Below, piece by piece: positions 35,599 through 44,298 of a stretch of 64,000 nt of DNA; within the stretch, counting starts at the first letter, position 1, and each line of letters starts with the position of its first letter. Below the pieces are notes generated by a model. That model worked only from the letters and a program-made list of their open reading frames with translations, was not told the origin of the DNA and did not search any database. The DNA lies in contig JBAYJK010000004.1 in assembly GCA_041665145.1 (NCBI GenBank), positions 2,434 through 66,433 on the forward strand. Direction: 5' to 3'. This DNA comes from Patescibacteria group bacterium (lineage in GTDB: Bacteria; Patescibacteriota; Microgenomatia; UBA1406). The position numbers and the translations under genes are program-made.

Positions 35599-36786
35599 AT
35601 GCGCACATACGATATGTTCCATGGGCTTTTGCATCATCAGGCAAAGCAGGAACGGCTTACTCTATTATATGTGGCGTACATTCTGCGATCCGCATTGTTT
35701 GCATTCTTAAGTTTGTTTATTCCCATTTATTATTACCAGGCCGCTGCGGGTCTGGGGTTTGTCGGCAACCAAGGATGGGCGATTATGATTTGCCTCATGA
35801 TGGTTGTCTATGCGACAAATATTGTTGCTGCATACAGTGCCGCAAAGTTACTCCGCAAACTCGGGTTGCACCACAATTACCTCATCAGCGTGATGTTCTT
35901 GTCGCTGTTTATCGGCGGGATTATTATGTTTCACTCGTTACTCGGGCTCGTGATCACCGCAGTATTGCTTGGCATACACTTCGGATTCTGGTGGACAACG
36001 TATCATGTTGATTTTATTCATAACGGAAAGCCGCATGAGTTTGGGAGAGAAGTAGGAGCCGTCCAGGGTCTGGGAATACTTGCCGGCGTATTGAGCCCGC
36101 TTGTTGCCGGATTCATCGTACAATCATACGGATTCTTAATTCTGTTTTCCTCCAGTTCGTTATTGGTCCTCCTTTTGGCACTGACGTTAATGGCGATACG
36201 GGAAGAGCGCATGGTACAGCCGGTGAATCTCAAAATCATGCTCGGTGAATTTACCGCTAATAAAAAAGACACCCTCTCTAACCTCGCGCTCGGAGGGGAA
36301 AGCACCATAGCCCAAGACTTATGGCCACTGTTTGTTTTTCTCCTTTTGAAAGAGCCGCTGTTAGTGGGAATACTTGCCACAGTCGTGACACTCGTCAGCT
36401 TTTTGTCACGGATATACGGAGGACTCATTTCGGATAGTTTCAACAAGAAGCATCTGGAGATCTTTGGAGCCTTCTCTGTTTCAGCAAGCTGGACGGGGAA
36501 ATTTTTGTTTCCCATACCGTTCGGACTCGTGTTTTTTGAATTTATGCATAAGGCAACCAGTTCTTTTTTTTACGTATCAAATCAGGCACTTGCATATGTT
36601 CATTCGCTGACTCAGAACAAAACGGCGTATATTACGTCGCGGGAAATAAGTATTATGGCGGGGAAAATAATTGTGTTATTCGGGTGTCTGGTAATAATTG
36701 CGCTTGATATATCCATCTGGTCCATACTCCTCTTGGGCGCTATCAGCCCGCTGTTTGTATACTTCATATCCAAATCGAGAAAATAA
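35599..36786 (+). CDS. MFS-type transporter
   Basis: About 12 TM helices. Start set at ATG 35599 (TATATT 35587-35592, 6 nt upstream); the track start is 35575. Confidence 0.6.
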   Translation: MRTYDMFHGLLHHQAKQERLTLLYVAYILRSALFAFLSLFIPIYYYQAAAGLGFVGNQGWAIMICLMMVVYATNIVAAYSAAKLLRKLGLHHNYLISVMFLSLFIGGIIMFHSLLGLVITAVLLGIHFGFWWTTYHVDFIHNGKPHEFGREVGAVQGLGILAGVLSPLVAGFIVQSYGFLILFSSSSLLVLLLALTLMAIREERMVQPVNLKIMLGEFTANKKDTLSNLALGGESTIAQDLWPLFVFLLLKEPLLVGILATVVTLVSFLSRIYGGLISDSFNKKHLEIFGAFSVSASWTGKFLFPIPFGLVFFEFMHKATSSFFYVSNQALAYVHSLTQNKTAYITSREISIMAGKIIVLFGCLVIIALDISIWSILLLGAISPLFVYFISKSRK

Positions 36787-36860
36787 TTTCACAGCTACTA
36801 TAACAAAATTGAATCAATTTCGGTAATAACGCGGGTAAAGTGCGGGAATAGGGGTAAAGA

Positions 36861-36884
36861 AGATCCCAAAGAGCAACTGAAACC
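36861..36884. repeat. 24-nt 3'-flank repeat AGATCCCAAAGAGCAACTGAAACC (copy 1)
   Basis: Identical to 38995-39018. Its core ATCCCAAAGAGCAAC is the reverse complement of 38740-38754 and 41443-41457. Confidence 0.85.
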
Positions 36885-36892
36885 TTCCGCTT

Positions 36893-36922
36893 CCGGGCCC
36901 GCCAGAACTCTGGCGGGCCCGG
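36893..36922 (-). terminator. 13-bp G+C hairpin after paralogue 1 (no U-tract)
   Basis: CCGGGCCCGCCAG pairs with CTGGCGGGCCCGG. A second hairpin, CCTCTCGTC..GACGAGAGG (36928-36961), encloses the stop codon. Confidence 0.45.
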
Positions 36923-36943
36923 ACTAACCTCTCGTCGAGCGCG

Positions 36944-38452
36944 CTAGCGCGAGACGAGAGGAATGTAATTGTAGTATTCGACACTGCAGGCAAACGTTTT
37001 CCACCCGGATACCGCGCTAAAATCCGCGGCGGCGGCAATCCGCAGCTGCCCTGCATCGCAGCTCTTGACAGTCATGGTGGCCGTCAATCCATTGTTCACC
37101 AACGTCGCAAATTGAGCGCCGTACCAGTTCATCGATTGACCTTCCTGCAGGCTAATGCCATTGCCATACGCGTCGAACAGGTCGGCGCGAAGGCTGTAGC
37201 TCTGGCCAGGATGGACCGTGGTCAACCCCTCGGGGACCGAGTCGATAACGATCGACGCCAGCTTCGCCGGCAGAACGGTAAATGACAACGTCGCCGCCGT
37301 CTCGCAACCATACCGGTTACAGGCCGTGACATTTGCCACGTATTGTCCCGCAACGGTGATTGTGGTCGTCGCCCAGTTTCCGTACTGAACCATAGTTGTT
37401 CCCGTGATCGCGAACGTCCAGGTAACGCCCGATTGCGTCGAGCTCAAGCCAGCGGCGCATGTAATTACTTCGCCGGCTTTTTTACCGTCGTCGCACGCTG
37501 CGACCAGACCCTCAATGGGCTGGGGCAACTCGACATACATCGGCGACACCGCCGGCAAGCCGGCAGAGGCGTTCGACGTCGTAAACAACGTGCGGGTCAT
37601 CCCACTCTGAAAAAACTGGATGACCTCGCGGTCCGGGACATAGCTGCTCGGGGACAGTCCTACGCAGAATCCATTATTGCAGTTCGGCTGGAAAGTCGTG
37701 GTCACTAACACACGGCTTGGGTTGCCCGCTCGATACACATGCGTATCGGGACCAGCTTTTGCTTCGTAAACAAGACCGCCCGCGTCGTCGAACGCGGGAA
37801 AGTTCTGGTCATTGCCTACATCGGCCGGGGCATACCAGCTCCCGGGCGCACCCGGGACTTGTTGCCGAATTGCGTAAATATAGCTGTAGCGGCAACTTGC
37901 CGCAATCAGTCCGCCGGGCACCCAACTCGGGTTCCGGCATGCGGCGAATGAAGCATCAACTCGGGCAACATTACTCAGCGTTACGTTGCTGTCCGATACT
38001 ACCAGACTAGCAGTCATAAGATGGTTCGTCTGACCGTCTCCAACGGCCTGAACAAAAACCATCTTTTTGGTAAGCCGATCGATCGCCGGCATGTAGCCGG
38101 TAATCCCCAACGTCTGGGTCAGCCCGGTCCAGATATCGTAAACGGCCAACTCCTGGTCCAACCAGCTGATTTTGCTATACACAACGTACCTGGTGTCCAG
38201 CCACGTCGGCCGGCTCGAGAGAGATTCCGACGTCGTCAGGATGTTCCCAACCGAGTCATGCACCTCGAGAAAGCCAGACTCATTCATGAGCGCCACTGTG
38301 GGCGTGATGCCCCACATCGATTGCGGTCCCGCGCTCAGCGCGGCTGCCGTCTGAGCATTCCCGCCCAGCAAGGTAACAGACAAAACGATTGCCAACAACG
38401 CGGCTGCGGCCATCGTGGCCGCCAACAGATGGGTGAAACGAGTCTTGTTCAT
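36944..38452 (-). CDS. secreted beta-propeller/Ig-like surface protein, paralogue 1 (G+C-rich)
   Basis: Start moved to ATG 38452 with AGGAGGAGGG upstream (track start 38608). The signal peptide MNKTRFTHLLAATMAAAALLAIVLSVTLLGGNAQTAAALSAGP is homologous to the N-terminus of 39082-41094. Confidence 0.65.
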   Translation of the reverse strand: MNKTRFTHLLAATMAAAALLAIVLSVTLLGGNAQTAAALSAGPQSMWGITPTVALMNESGFLEVHDSVGNILTTSESLSSRPTWLDTRYVVYSKISWLDQELAVYDIWTGLTQTLGITGYMPAIDRLTKKMVFVQAVGDGQTNHLMTASLVVSDSNVTLSNVARVDASFAACRNPSWVPGGLIAASCRYSYIYAIRQQVPGAPGSWYAPADVGNDQNFPAFDDAGGLVYEAKAGPDTHVYRAGNPSRVLVTTTFQPNCNNGFCVGLSPSSYVPDREVIQFFQSGMTRTLFTTSNASAGLPAVSPMYVELPQPIEGLVAACDDGKKAGEVITCAAGLSSTQSGVTWTFAITGTTMVQYGNWATTTITVAGQYVANVTACNRYGCETAATLSFTVLPAKLASIVIDSVPEGLTTVHPGQSYSLRADLFDAYGNGISLQEGQSMNWYGAQFATLVNNGLTATMTVKSCDAGQLRIAAAADFSAVSGWKTFACSVEYYNYIPLVSR

Positions 38453-38564
38453 TTTAATCGCCCTCCTCCTGAGGGGTGCTGCGTTACTAAAATTTATTAG
38501 TCCAGTTTTGTGCCTACTTCTCCCAAGCACACAAGGGGCCCATTTAGGGTCAGAGAGCAGAAAG

Positions 38565-38700
38565 AGAAAACTCAAAATCCAAATATACAAATGACAAATG
38601 AAGCACAAAATTCAAATATTAATCATATATTGGAATTTTTTTAGTTTTTAAATTTCAATTGAATTTTGTCATTTGAATTTTGAATTTGTTATTTTCCCAT
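38565..38700. repeat. 'word' palindrome (CAAATGACAAATG family) inside the paralogue-1 leader
   Basis: CAAATGACAAATGAAGCACAAAATTCAAAT faces ATTTGAATTTTGTCATTTGAATTTTGAATTTG. Related words occur at 41255-41310 and 31935-32045. Confidence 0.5.
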
Positions 38701-38751
38701 ATTTCCTCCTCTCCAACCCTAAATGGTCGTTTAATTTTTGTTGCTCTTTGG

Positions 38752-38764
38752 GATGTTAAAGATC
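38752..38764 (-). promoter_or_regulatory. boxA-like element in the paralogue-1 leader
   Basis: The minus strand reads AGATCTTTAACATCC, immediately followed by CAAAGAGCAAC. Confidence 0.5.
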
Positions 38765-38828
38765 TAATCTCTTCGAGCCCATAATAATCCAGCAATTAGG
38801 ATTGTTTGGACTCAAGTTATATCCTATA

Positions 38829-38857
38829 ATTGTATACATACTGCGTGCGTATGTCAA
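38829..38857 (-). promoter_or_regulatory. promoter TTGACA-17-TACAAT (paralogue 1)
   Basis: Minus-strand TTGACA 38852-38857 and TACAAT 38829-38834. The leader is about 375 nt. Confidence 0.7.
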
Positions 38858-38994
38858 GTTAAAAGTATAAAGTAAAAGGTCTGAAGCAAAGTGAGAAGTA
38901 GGAAGGGTAAAGTAAGAAATTCTAGGAGATATGGGAGAAAGGTGAAATGAGGGTAATGAGGAAATAACGCGGGTAAAATGCGGGAATAAAGGAA

Positions 38995-39018
38995 AGATCC
39001 CAAAGAGCAACTGAAACC
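38995..39018. repeat. 24-nt 3'-flank repeat (copy 2)
   Basis: AGATCCCAAAGAGCAACTGAAACC. It is preceded by AATAACGCGGGTAAAATGCGGGAATA (38963-38988), which also occurs at 36825-36850 and, degenerate, at 41616-41640. Confidence 0.85.
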
Positions 39019-39036
39019 TTTCCTTTTGAACCAACA

Positions 39037-39070
39037 GCTCGAGGCGGCGTGCATAGTGCCGCCTCGAGCT
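39037..39070 (-). terminator. 13-bp G+C hairpin after paralogue 2 (no U-tract)
   Basis: AGCTCGAGGCGGC 39037-39049 pairs with GCCGCCTCGAGCT 39058-39070. Confidence 0.45.
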
Positions 39071-39081
39071 GGATAGGCCCC

Positions 39082-41094
39082 CTAGCGTAGAGCGAGGGGG
39101 AGGAAGAGGGTATGCGGCGGGCGGCACTCGAGCGCCCAGGGCGCCGACACCGACGTGCCCGTCGCGGTCATCGTGCCGGTCAACATCTTGCCGGGCAAGC
39201 AGACGGGCGCATGCAAAACACCGGCGTCGTCGAACGAGCCTGATCCTTCGTCGGCCAACCAGGTAATCGGCCAGATGATCAGCACGCCGTACTGGTTAAA
39301 CACTTCGCCGTAGCTCTGAATCGAGCCACTCGAGTATACCCAGTTGGCGCTCGGGAAGCCGCCATGAATGCGCCCGGGCAGGCCCCAGATCACTTCGACC
39401 GTGGCCGTGCCCGTCACATTACTATAGCTGGCCGAAAGCTCGTGCGACCCCGCCGTATAGCAACTCAGAATCGAGCCCACGACGTTGCAGTCGGCGGGTA
39501 CGGTCACATCAAAGTCGCCGATGTTGCTGGTGACAATGTTACCGTATTGATCGAGCGCCTTGATCGTCGCCGTCACAGGCTGCCCAGCCTCGATAGGCGA
39601 GGGCAAATCCCACGTAACGCTGACCGTGGGGCCGGGCAGGAAGGTCACGGTGTTCGTCGTGACTAAACTACCAAAACCTGCCGTAATCACGACCGATTCC
39701 GCTACAGTATCGGTTACCGCAACCTTACTGCAGGTCGCGTGGCCGGAGCAGGTTACCGCAATCCATTCCGAGTTGCCTTCTACGATCAAGTTCATGAACT
39801 GATCGTAGATTGTGGTCCACATCGGAACAGACTGCCCAGCCGTAGCCACAGTCGTCGAGAAATCCGTATGGACATACGTCCACATGTTCGGGTATGTTTC
39901 GAACGGCGCGTAGCCGCTCTTGCACCCGAACCGGTTGCAGGCATCAACCACAGCGGTCAAGTGCCCCGCGGCCGTGATAACGGCCGTCACATCCTGCCCA
40001 GACAACACTGTGTTGTGAGGCAGATGCCACGTGTAGCTGACATCAGCCTGCTCAGGCAACACCGTCGCGCTAAACGTGACTGTCACGGGAACTTGTTGCG
40101 CATGTGGCCCCGCGTCCGCCACTGCGATCACCTGCGTGATCGGCTGGGGAACGTGGTATTCACCGTGGCTCAGCATTGGCCCGGAGAACGTCACACTGTT
40201 TGTCGCAATTGTACTGGTCAGACCCATCCTCGTATCGAGAAGGACGAGTTCAGCTGCCGGCGCGCTTGTCGTCCAGACGCACCAGTAGTTGACACAATTC
40301 GGATAGTACCCTAATGCAATCGCGGCGGCCGTTCCCGTAATCGTCTGGGAGTAGATCTTCCCATCGCTCGCGAACAGTAGGTGGCCGTCAGGACTAAACG
40401 TTGGGCTCGTATGCGATCCGACAACGTTTTGATCACTGACCGTTGCCCAGGTTCCATCTTGCACCTGGCAACGTATGTCAATGTTGTTAAAGACGTACTC
40501 TTGTGTCACGCATAGACGGCCGGTCGTCGGGTCGATAGCCGGGTCAAATGCCCCCGACCACATTGCGTCGGTAACCTGGACTCGCGTCGTCGTAATCGGC
40601 GTACCGCCTTCGAAAGTGACATTGGAAGTATAGATCTGATTCTGATTCCAGCCCCAGGCAACCTGGGACTGATACACCAGAATCGTCCCCGAGAAGACGG
40701 GCTTTGTGCCCGTCAAACCCAGAGAAACAGTGACGCCCGTGTTGGTGTTGTATGCGACCAACAGCGGGAGATTTCCCGTTTGCGGGACGGGGCAGACATT
40801 CCATTGGTCGTCTGCAGACCACGCGCAGCGCGCATTCGCGCCCACGACGGTTGCCGTTTGCACGCCGGAAGAATCGAGGAGACTGGCACTGATAACGCCG
40901 GTCATCCGGATAAAGCTTACGGCCGGCGTGTATTCCGTCGTGTTCGCCACGGCGGTCAAATTCGAGTTCGGTCCGGCCGAAGCGGCCGAGACCGTCTGAG
41001 CAGACCCGCCCAGCAAGGTAACAGACAAAACGACCAACGCGACTGCGGCCACTATAGGCGCCAACAAACGAGCAAAACGATTAGTCTTGGACAT
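39082..41094 (-). CDS. secreted beta-propeller/Ig-like surface protein, paralogue 2 (G+C-rich)
   Basis: 670 aa, AAGGAGAAGGG upstream. Signal peptide MSKTNRFARLLAPIVAAVALVVLSVTLLGGSAQTVSAASAGP. Shares blocks with paralogue 1 (e.g. ACNRYGCETA / ACNRFGCKSG). Confidence 0.7.
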   Translation of the reverse strand: MSKTNRFARLLAPIVAAVALVVLSVTLLGGSAQTVSAASAGPNSNLTAVANTTEYTPAVSFIRMTGVISASLLDSSGVQTATVVGANARCAWSADDQWNVCPVPQTGNLPLLVAYNTNTGVTVSLGLTGTKPVFSGTILVYQSQVAWGWNQNQIYTSNVTFEGGTPITTTRVQVTDAMWSGAFDPAIDPTTGRLCVTQEYVFNNIDIRCQVQDGTWATVSDQNVVGSHTSPTFSPDGHLLFASDGKIYSQTITGTAAAIALGYYPNCVNYWCVWTTSAPAAELVLLDTRMGLTSTIATNSVTFSGPMLSHGEYHVPQPITQVIAVADAGPHAQQVPVTVTFSATVLPEQADVSYTWHLPHNTVLSGQDVTAVITAAGHLTAVVDACNRFGCKSGYAPFETYPNMWTYVHTDFSTTVATAGQSVPMWTTIYDQFMNLIVEGNSEWIAVTCSGHATCSKVAVTDTVAESVVITAGFGSLVTTNTVTFLPGPTVSVTWDLPSPIEAGQPVTATIKALDQYGNIVTSNIGDFDVTVPADCNVVGSILSCYTAGSHELSASYSNVTGTATVEVIWGLPGRIHGGFPSANWVYSSGSIQSYGEVFNQYGVLIIWPITWLADEGSGSFDDAGVLHAPVCLPGKMLTGTMTATGTSVSAPWALECRPPHTLFLPLALR

Positions 41095-41311
41095 TGTCCC
41101 TTCTCCTTAAGAGGGGATGTTGCGTATCTTATTTTAATTCATCGATCGAGTTCATTTTGTGCCTCAAACTCCCTAGGCACCAAGGGTCTCAAGTAGATAA
41201 AAGCAGAATTGCTTTGTACCTCCTTAGGTTTGATTTCCACTTGAGATTGGAGAGCAGGACAGAAATTACACAAATAACAAATGACAAATCCACAAATCAA
41301 ATTCAAAAAAT

Positions 41312-41380
41312 GTCATTCCCGGCACACATGACCGGGAATCCAGATACTTATTCCTGGATCCCCGCCTACGCGGGAATGAC
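41312..41380. repeat. 69-nt nested-hairpin element GTCATTCC...GGAATGAC (MITE/REP-like)
   Basis: Terminal inverted repeat GTCATTCC/GGAATGAC encloses three hairpins: ATTCCCGG..CCGGGAAT, ATCCAG..CCTGGAT and CCCCGC..GCGGG. Translation gives the familiar spurious peptide ...WIPAYAGMT. Confidence 0.65.
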
Positions 41381-41454
41381 ACTATACTTGTGTAATTTCA
41401 TAAAATCCTCCTCTCCAACCCCAAGCGGGTTGTTAAAATTTTGTTGCTCTTTGG

Positions 41455-41467
41455 GATGTTAAAGATC
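41455..41467 (-). promoter_or_regulatory. boxA-like element in the paralogue-2 leader
   Basis: The minus strand reads AGATCTTTAACATCC. Confidence 0.5.
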
Positions 41468-41531
41468 TAGACTCTTCGGGCCCATAACAACCCAGCAATT
41501 AGGATTGTTTGGACTCAAGTTATATCCTATA

Positions 41532-41560
41532 ATTATATACATACTGGGTGCGTATGTCAA
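41532..41560 (-). promoter_or_regulatory. consensus promoter TTGACA-17-TATAAT (paralogue 2)
   Basis: Minus-strand TTGACA 41555-41560 and TATAAT 41532-41537. The leader is about 430 nt. Confidence 0.8.
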
Positions 41561-41639
41561 GACTGAAAGAACTTAAGGGGAATATGGGAGAGAGGTAAAA
41601 TGAGGGTGATTAGGGAATAAAGCGGGGAATATGCGGGAA

Positions 41640-43541
41640 TTACGTACCTTCGATAATTTCTTTCTCGTGAGGGGCGGCGATAACGCGCAGAGCAACATGT
41701 GCCTGCCCGGCAAAAAACAATCCTTCACCGACACCCGAGGAGAGCAAAAAGTGTTTTTCCCCTGAGGTGAGGTAGAAAATCTCGGTCAACTTATCGATGG
41801 CAACCGGCGACTGCTTCAACAGAATCTGTAAACTCGAATTGGTGATAATCGCTTTACCTTCATTTGTCGCCAAAAAGTCCTCGACATCCTGAGTAATAGT
41901 AGTTAATCCTAATCCGTATTTTCGAGCTCGTTTTGCAAAATTAAAGATGTATTCGGCCGTATCTTTTTGCTTAATGAGGTACCACGCCTCGTCGACAATA
42001 AGTATGCGTTTTTTCTTTTCATGCTTGATCTTCGTCCAAATGTAGTCGAGAACGATATACATGGCAACCGGCCGTAAATTCTCTTCAAGATCCCGAATAC
42101 CGAAAATAGTGAGTTTGTTTTTAAAGGCAAAATTCGATTGGGAATTGAAGATCCCGGCAGCTGACCCTTTAATGAACTTTTCGAACTTGAACGACATATT
42201 TTGCGCCGCCTCTTGCTCCATACCGATGAGCACTTTATACAGATCTTCCATGAGCGGCGGTTCCAACGTGTGCGTTGCCGGGTCCTGGGTGATTCCCTTC
42301 AACATATAGGTTTGAATGAGCGCTTTATCCAGCAGCGCATCTTCCTCGGGAGTAAGTTCGCCCATAATGACTTTCATCAGCGTGTGCAGATTCAACACAT
42401 TATTGGCCATCGCGTCGTCACCTTCTTCCTGCACGGGAAGATCGAACGGATTGAGGCGGATCGGGGAACTTGAGGAAAACTGGACGTACTCACCGCCGAA
42501 TTTCTGACAGATTCCCTGATATTCGTTTTCCGGGTCGATAATGATTACTTCAGCACCGATCATGATCTGACGCATAACCTCGAGCTTCATCATAAAGCTT
42601 TTTCCGCCACCGGACTTTCCGAGGACAACCATATTAGCGTTTTCGAGGGTAAACCGGTCGAAAATAACCAAACTTGAGTCTGATTCGTTAATTCCGTAAA
42701 TGATTCCTTCCGACGTCGAAAGAGATGATGTGACAAACGGGAAGGTCATGGCAAGAGAAGTGGTATCCATATTGCGCCACACACCCAGTTTGTCGGCAAA
42801 GATGGGTAACGTTGATTTGAAGCCTTCTTCTGCCTCCAGAACCGCCCGCTTGGAGATAATAAGGAGCCCTGACAATAACCCTTCCACTTCTTTGGTTAAG
42901 CGCTCCAATTCTTCTTTGCTGTCTGCAGGAATGGTGATGTACAAGCCGTACTGAAAGAAGCGTTCGGCACCTTTGGCAATTTCCGCCTGCAAGGAAAGTG
43001 CGTCGTCAAGCGCCACCTGAACGGTAGGATCGACAACTTTCCCTTTTTTGACCTCACCCTCAAGCGTCGCTTCCATCTCGGAGATTTTACGTTTCAGGTC
43101 GTCCAAAACGACATTCGACTGCGTCGGGTAAATGAACATCGAGATAAACAACGGATACTCAAACGTAATCAGCTGATTGAGCCAGTTGGGACCGACATAC
43201 CGCGGATAACCGACAACAAACAGCGTGGTATAAAACGCTTCATTAATTTTAATGTGGGAAAAGTCCACTTCAACGTACGACGGAGCGACAATGTCGAGGA
43301 CGCTCGTCATACCGGCTGCAAATTTCTTGCCGATTTTATCCGTTTTTGTTGTCGGAGCTGGACCTTTTTTGGTAGCAGAGGTAATAGAGGGCGAGGGGGG
43401 TGATATGGGAGAAGCGGGAGATACGGGGGCAGAGAGAGGAGCTGCCATTGGAGGCATCGATGAATTAATCGGCGCTGCTGACGCTATCTGTATATCCGGA
43501 GCGTTCGGTGCAAAATGTGTAGGTTTATTGGTGTGATCCAT
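41640..43541 (-). CDS. virB4: VirB4/TrbE/CagE-family T4SS ATPase
   Basis: 633 aa. Walker A VVLGKSGGGKSF, Walker B RILIVDEAWYL, and the ARKYGLGLTTITQDVEDF block. The N-terminal ~70 aa are P/S/A-rich. Confidence 0.8.
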   Translation of the reverse strand: MDHTNKPTHFAPNAPDIQIASAAPINSSMPPMAAPLSAPVSPASPISPPSPSITSATKKGPAPTTKTDKIGKKFAAGMTSVLDIVAPSYVEVDFSHIKINEAFYTTLFVVGYPRYVGPNWLNQLITFEYPLFISMFIYPTQSNVVLDDLKRKISEMEATLEGEVKKGKVVDPTVQVALDDALSLQAEIAKGAERFFQYGLYITIPADSKEELERLTKEVEGLLSGLLIISKRAVLEAEEGFKSTLPIFADKLGVWRNMDTTSLAMTFPFVTSSLSTSEGIIYGINESDSSLVIFDRFTLENANMVVLGKSGGGKSFMMKLEVMRQIMIGAEVIIIDPENEYQGICQKFGGEYVQFSSSSPIRLNPFDLPVQEEGDDAMANNVLNLHTLMKVIMGELTPEEDALLDKALIQTYMLKGITQDPATHTLEPPLMEDLYKVLIGMEQEAAQNMSFKFEKFIKGSAAGIFNSQSNFAFKNKLTIFGIRDLEENLRPVAMYIVLDYIWTKIKHEKKKRILIVDEAWYLIKQKDTAEYIFNFAKRARKYGLGLTTITQDVEDFLATNEGKAIITNSSLQILLKQSPVAIDKLTEIFYLTSGEKHFLLSSGVGEGLFFAGQAHVALRVIAAPHEKEIIEGT

Positions 43542-43546
43542 GTTGT

Positions 43547-44200
43547 TTATTGTCCGTGTACAAGATAACTTTCAAAGATTGATGCGTCAATCAAATCAAT
43601 TCCGGTCGCTGACGGGTTATACAGGTTGTAGTAGAAGTTGACGAGCTTTGTTTTATCCAGAACTTCCGCCCGCAAACCGAGACGCGCGAGGAGCCGCAAC
43701 ACATGGTCTCGCTTCGGGTACAGCGCAGTTTTTGCCCGTTGCAAAATATATTCCGGTGTCATGCCACTTGCCGCCGCACCTTTTGCTCCCATTTCAAGAG
43801 CGGAAAACGGAACGATAATAAAAAAACGCTTTTTCAGCACGGTGTTTTTCTTGACAATGTTTTTTGTAAAATCGATGTACTTTACCAGCCATTCACGAAT
43901 AATGGGGTTGTTCTGCTTTTGCATTTTGTTCTGCAGGTATTCAAGATAATCCGAAATATTCATACGCGTCGAAAAAATGAGAATCTGAATGGCAAATGAC
44001 AAAGAATTAAGCATGGAGGAGAACGAGTAGACCAACGAATCCTGCTCTTCCTCCGAAAGAAGCGAATAATTAATTGCCGACGTTTCGACGACCGTTGCAC
44101 AGGAACCGTCTTTCAGCATAACAACATCATCCGTAATCTGTCTGATCTCTATAAAATCCTGTGTGGTCGCCTTAATCGGGGCTGTTGGTTTTTTATTCAT
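43547..44200 (-). CDS. hypothetical soluble protein in the T4SS-like cluster
   Basis: 217 aa from ATG 44200 (TATATT 44210-44215, 9 nt upstream); the track start is TTG 44233 within repeat DNA. Its stop lies 5 nt before the virB4 ATG. Confidence 0.55.
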   Translation of the reverse strand: MNKKPTAPIKATTQDFIEIRQITDDVVMLKDGSCATVVETSAINYSLLSEEEQDSLVYSFSSMLNSLSFAIQILIFSTRMNISDYLEYLQNKMQKQNNPIIREWLVKYIDFTKNIVKKNTVLKKRFFIIVPFSALEMGAKGAAASGMTPEYILQRAKTALYPKRDHVLRLLARLGLRAEVLDKTKLVNFYYNLYNPSATGIDLIDASIFESYLVHGQ

Positions 44201-44298
44201 ATGTTCAGTAATATACTTGTCTAAATGTCTCAATGTCTTAATGTCTAATTGTCTTAGACTTTCGGACCTTCAGACCTTATGACACTCAGACGGATACG

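Larger units (their letters stand above)
38701..38868 (-). repeat. about 160-bp promoter/leader module, copy 1
   Basis: Near-identical to 41401-41562, with only scattered substitutions when aligned by eye. Contains a promoter, the boxA-like motif and the 15-nt inverted-repeat core. Confidence 0.85.
41401..41562 (-). repeat. about 160-bp promoter/leader module, copy 2
   Basis: See 38701-38868. Confidence 0.85.

Noticed and set aside
35495-35600. CRISPR-like periodic repeats (TTGCTAAATTGTTAAATTGTTAAATTGCTATATTG here, AATGTCT words at 44215-44260).
   Set aside because: The units are 7-12 nt and contiguous, with no unique spacers and no cas genes. They belong to the low-complexity word-palindrome families.
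36944-41094. Diversity-generating retroelement or other hypervariation system acting on the two paralogous surface proteins.
   Set aside because: No reverse transcriptase (no YxDD-type ORF) and no template/variable repeat pair with A-specific mismatches was seen. The repeats found are regulatory flanks, not coding-region TR/VR pairs.
41094-41462. 122-aa ORF containing SFPAHMTGNP...WIPAYAGMT.
   Set aside because: It is a translation of the GTCATTCC nested-hairpin repeat and leader DNA, the characteristic spurious peptide of this element type.
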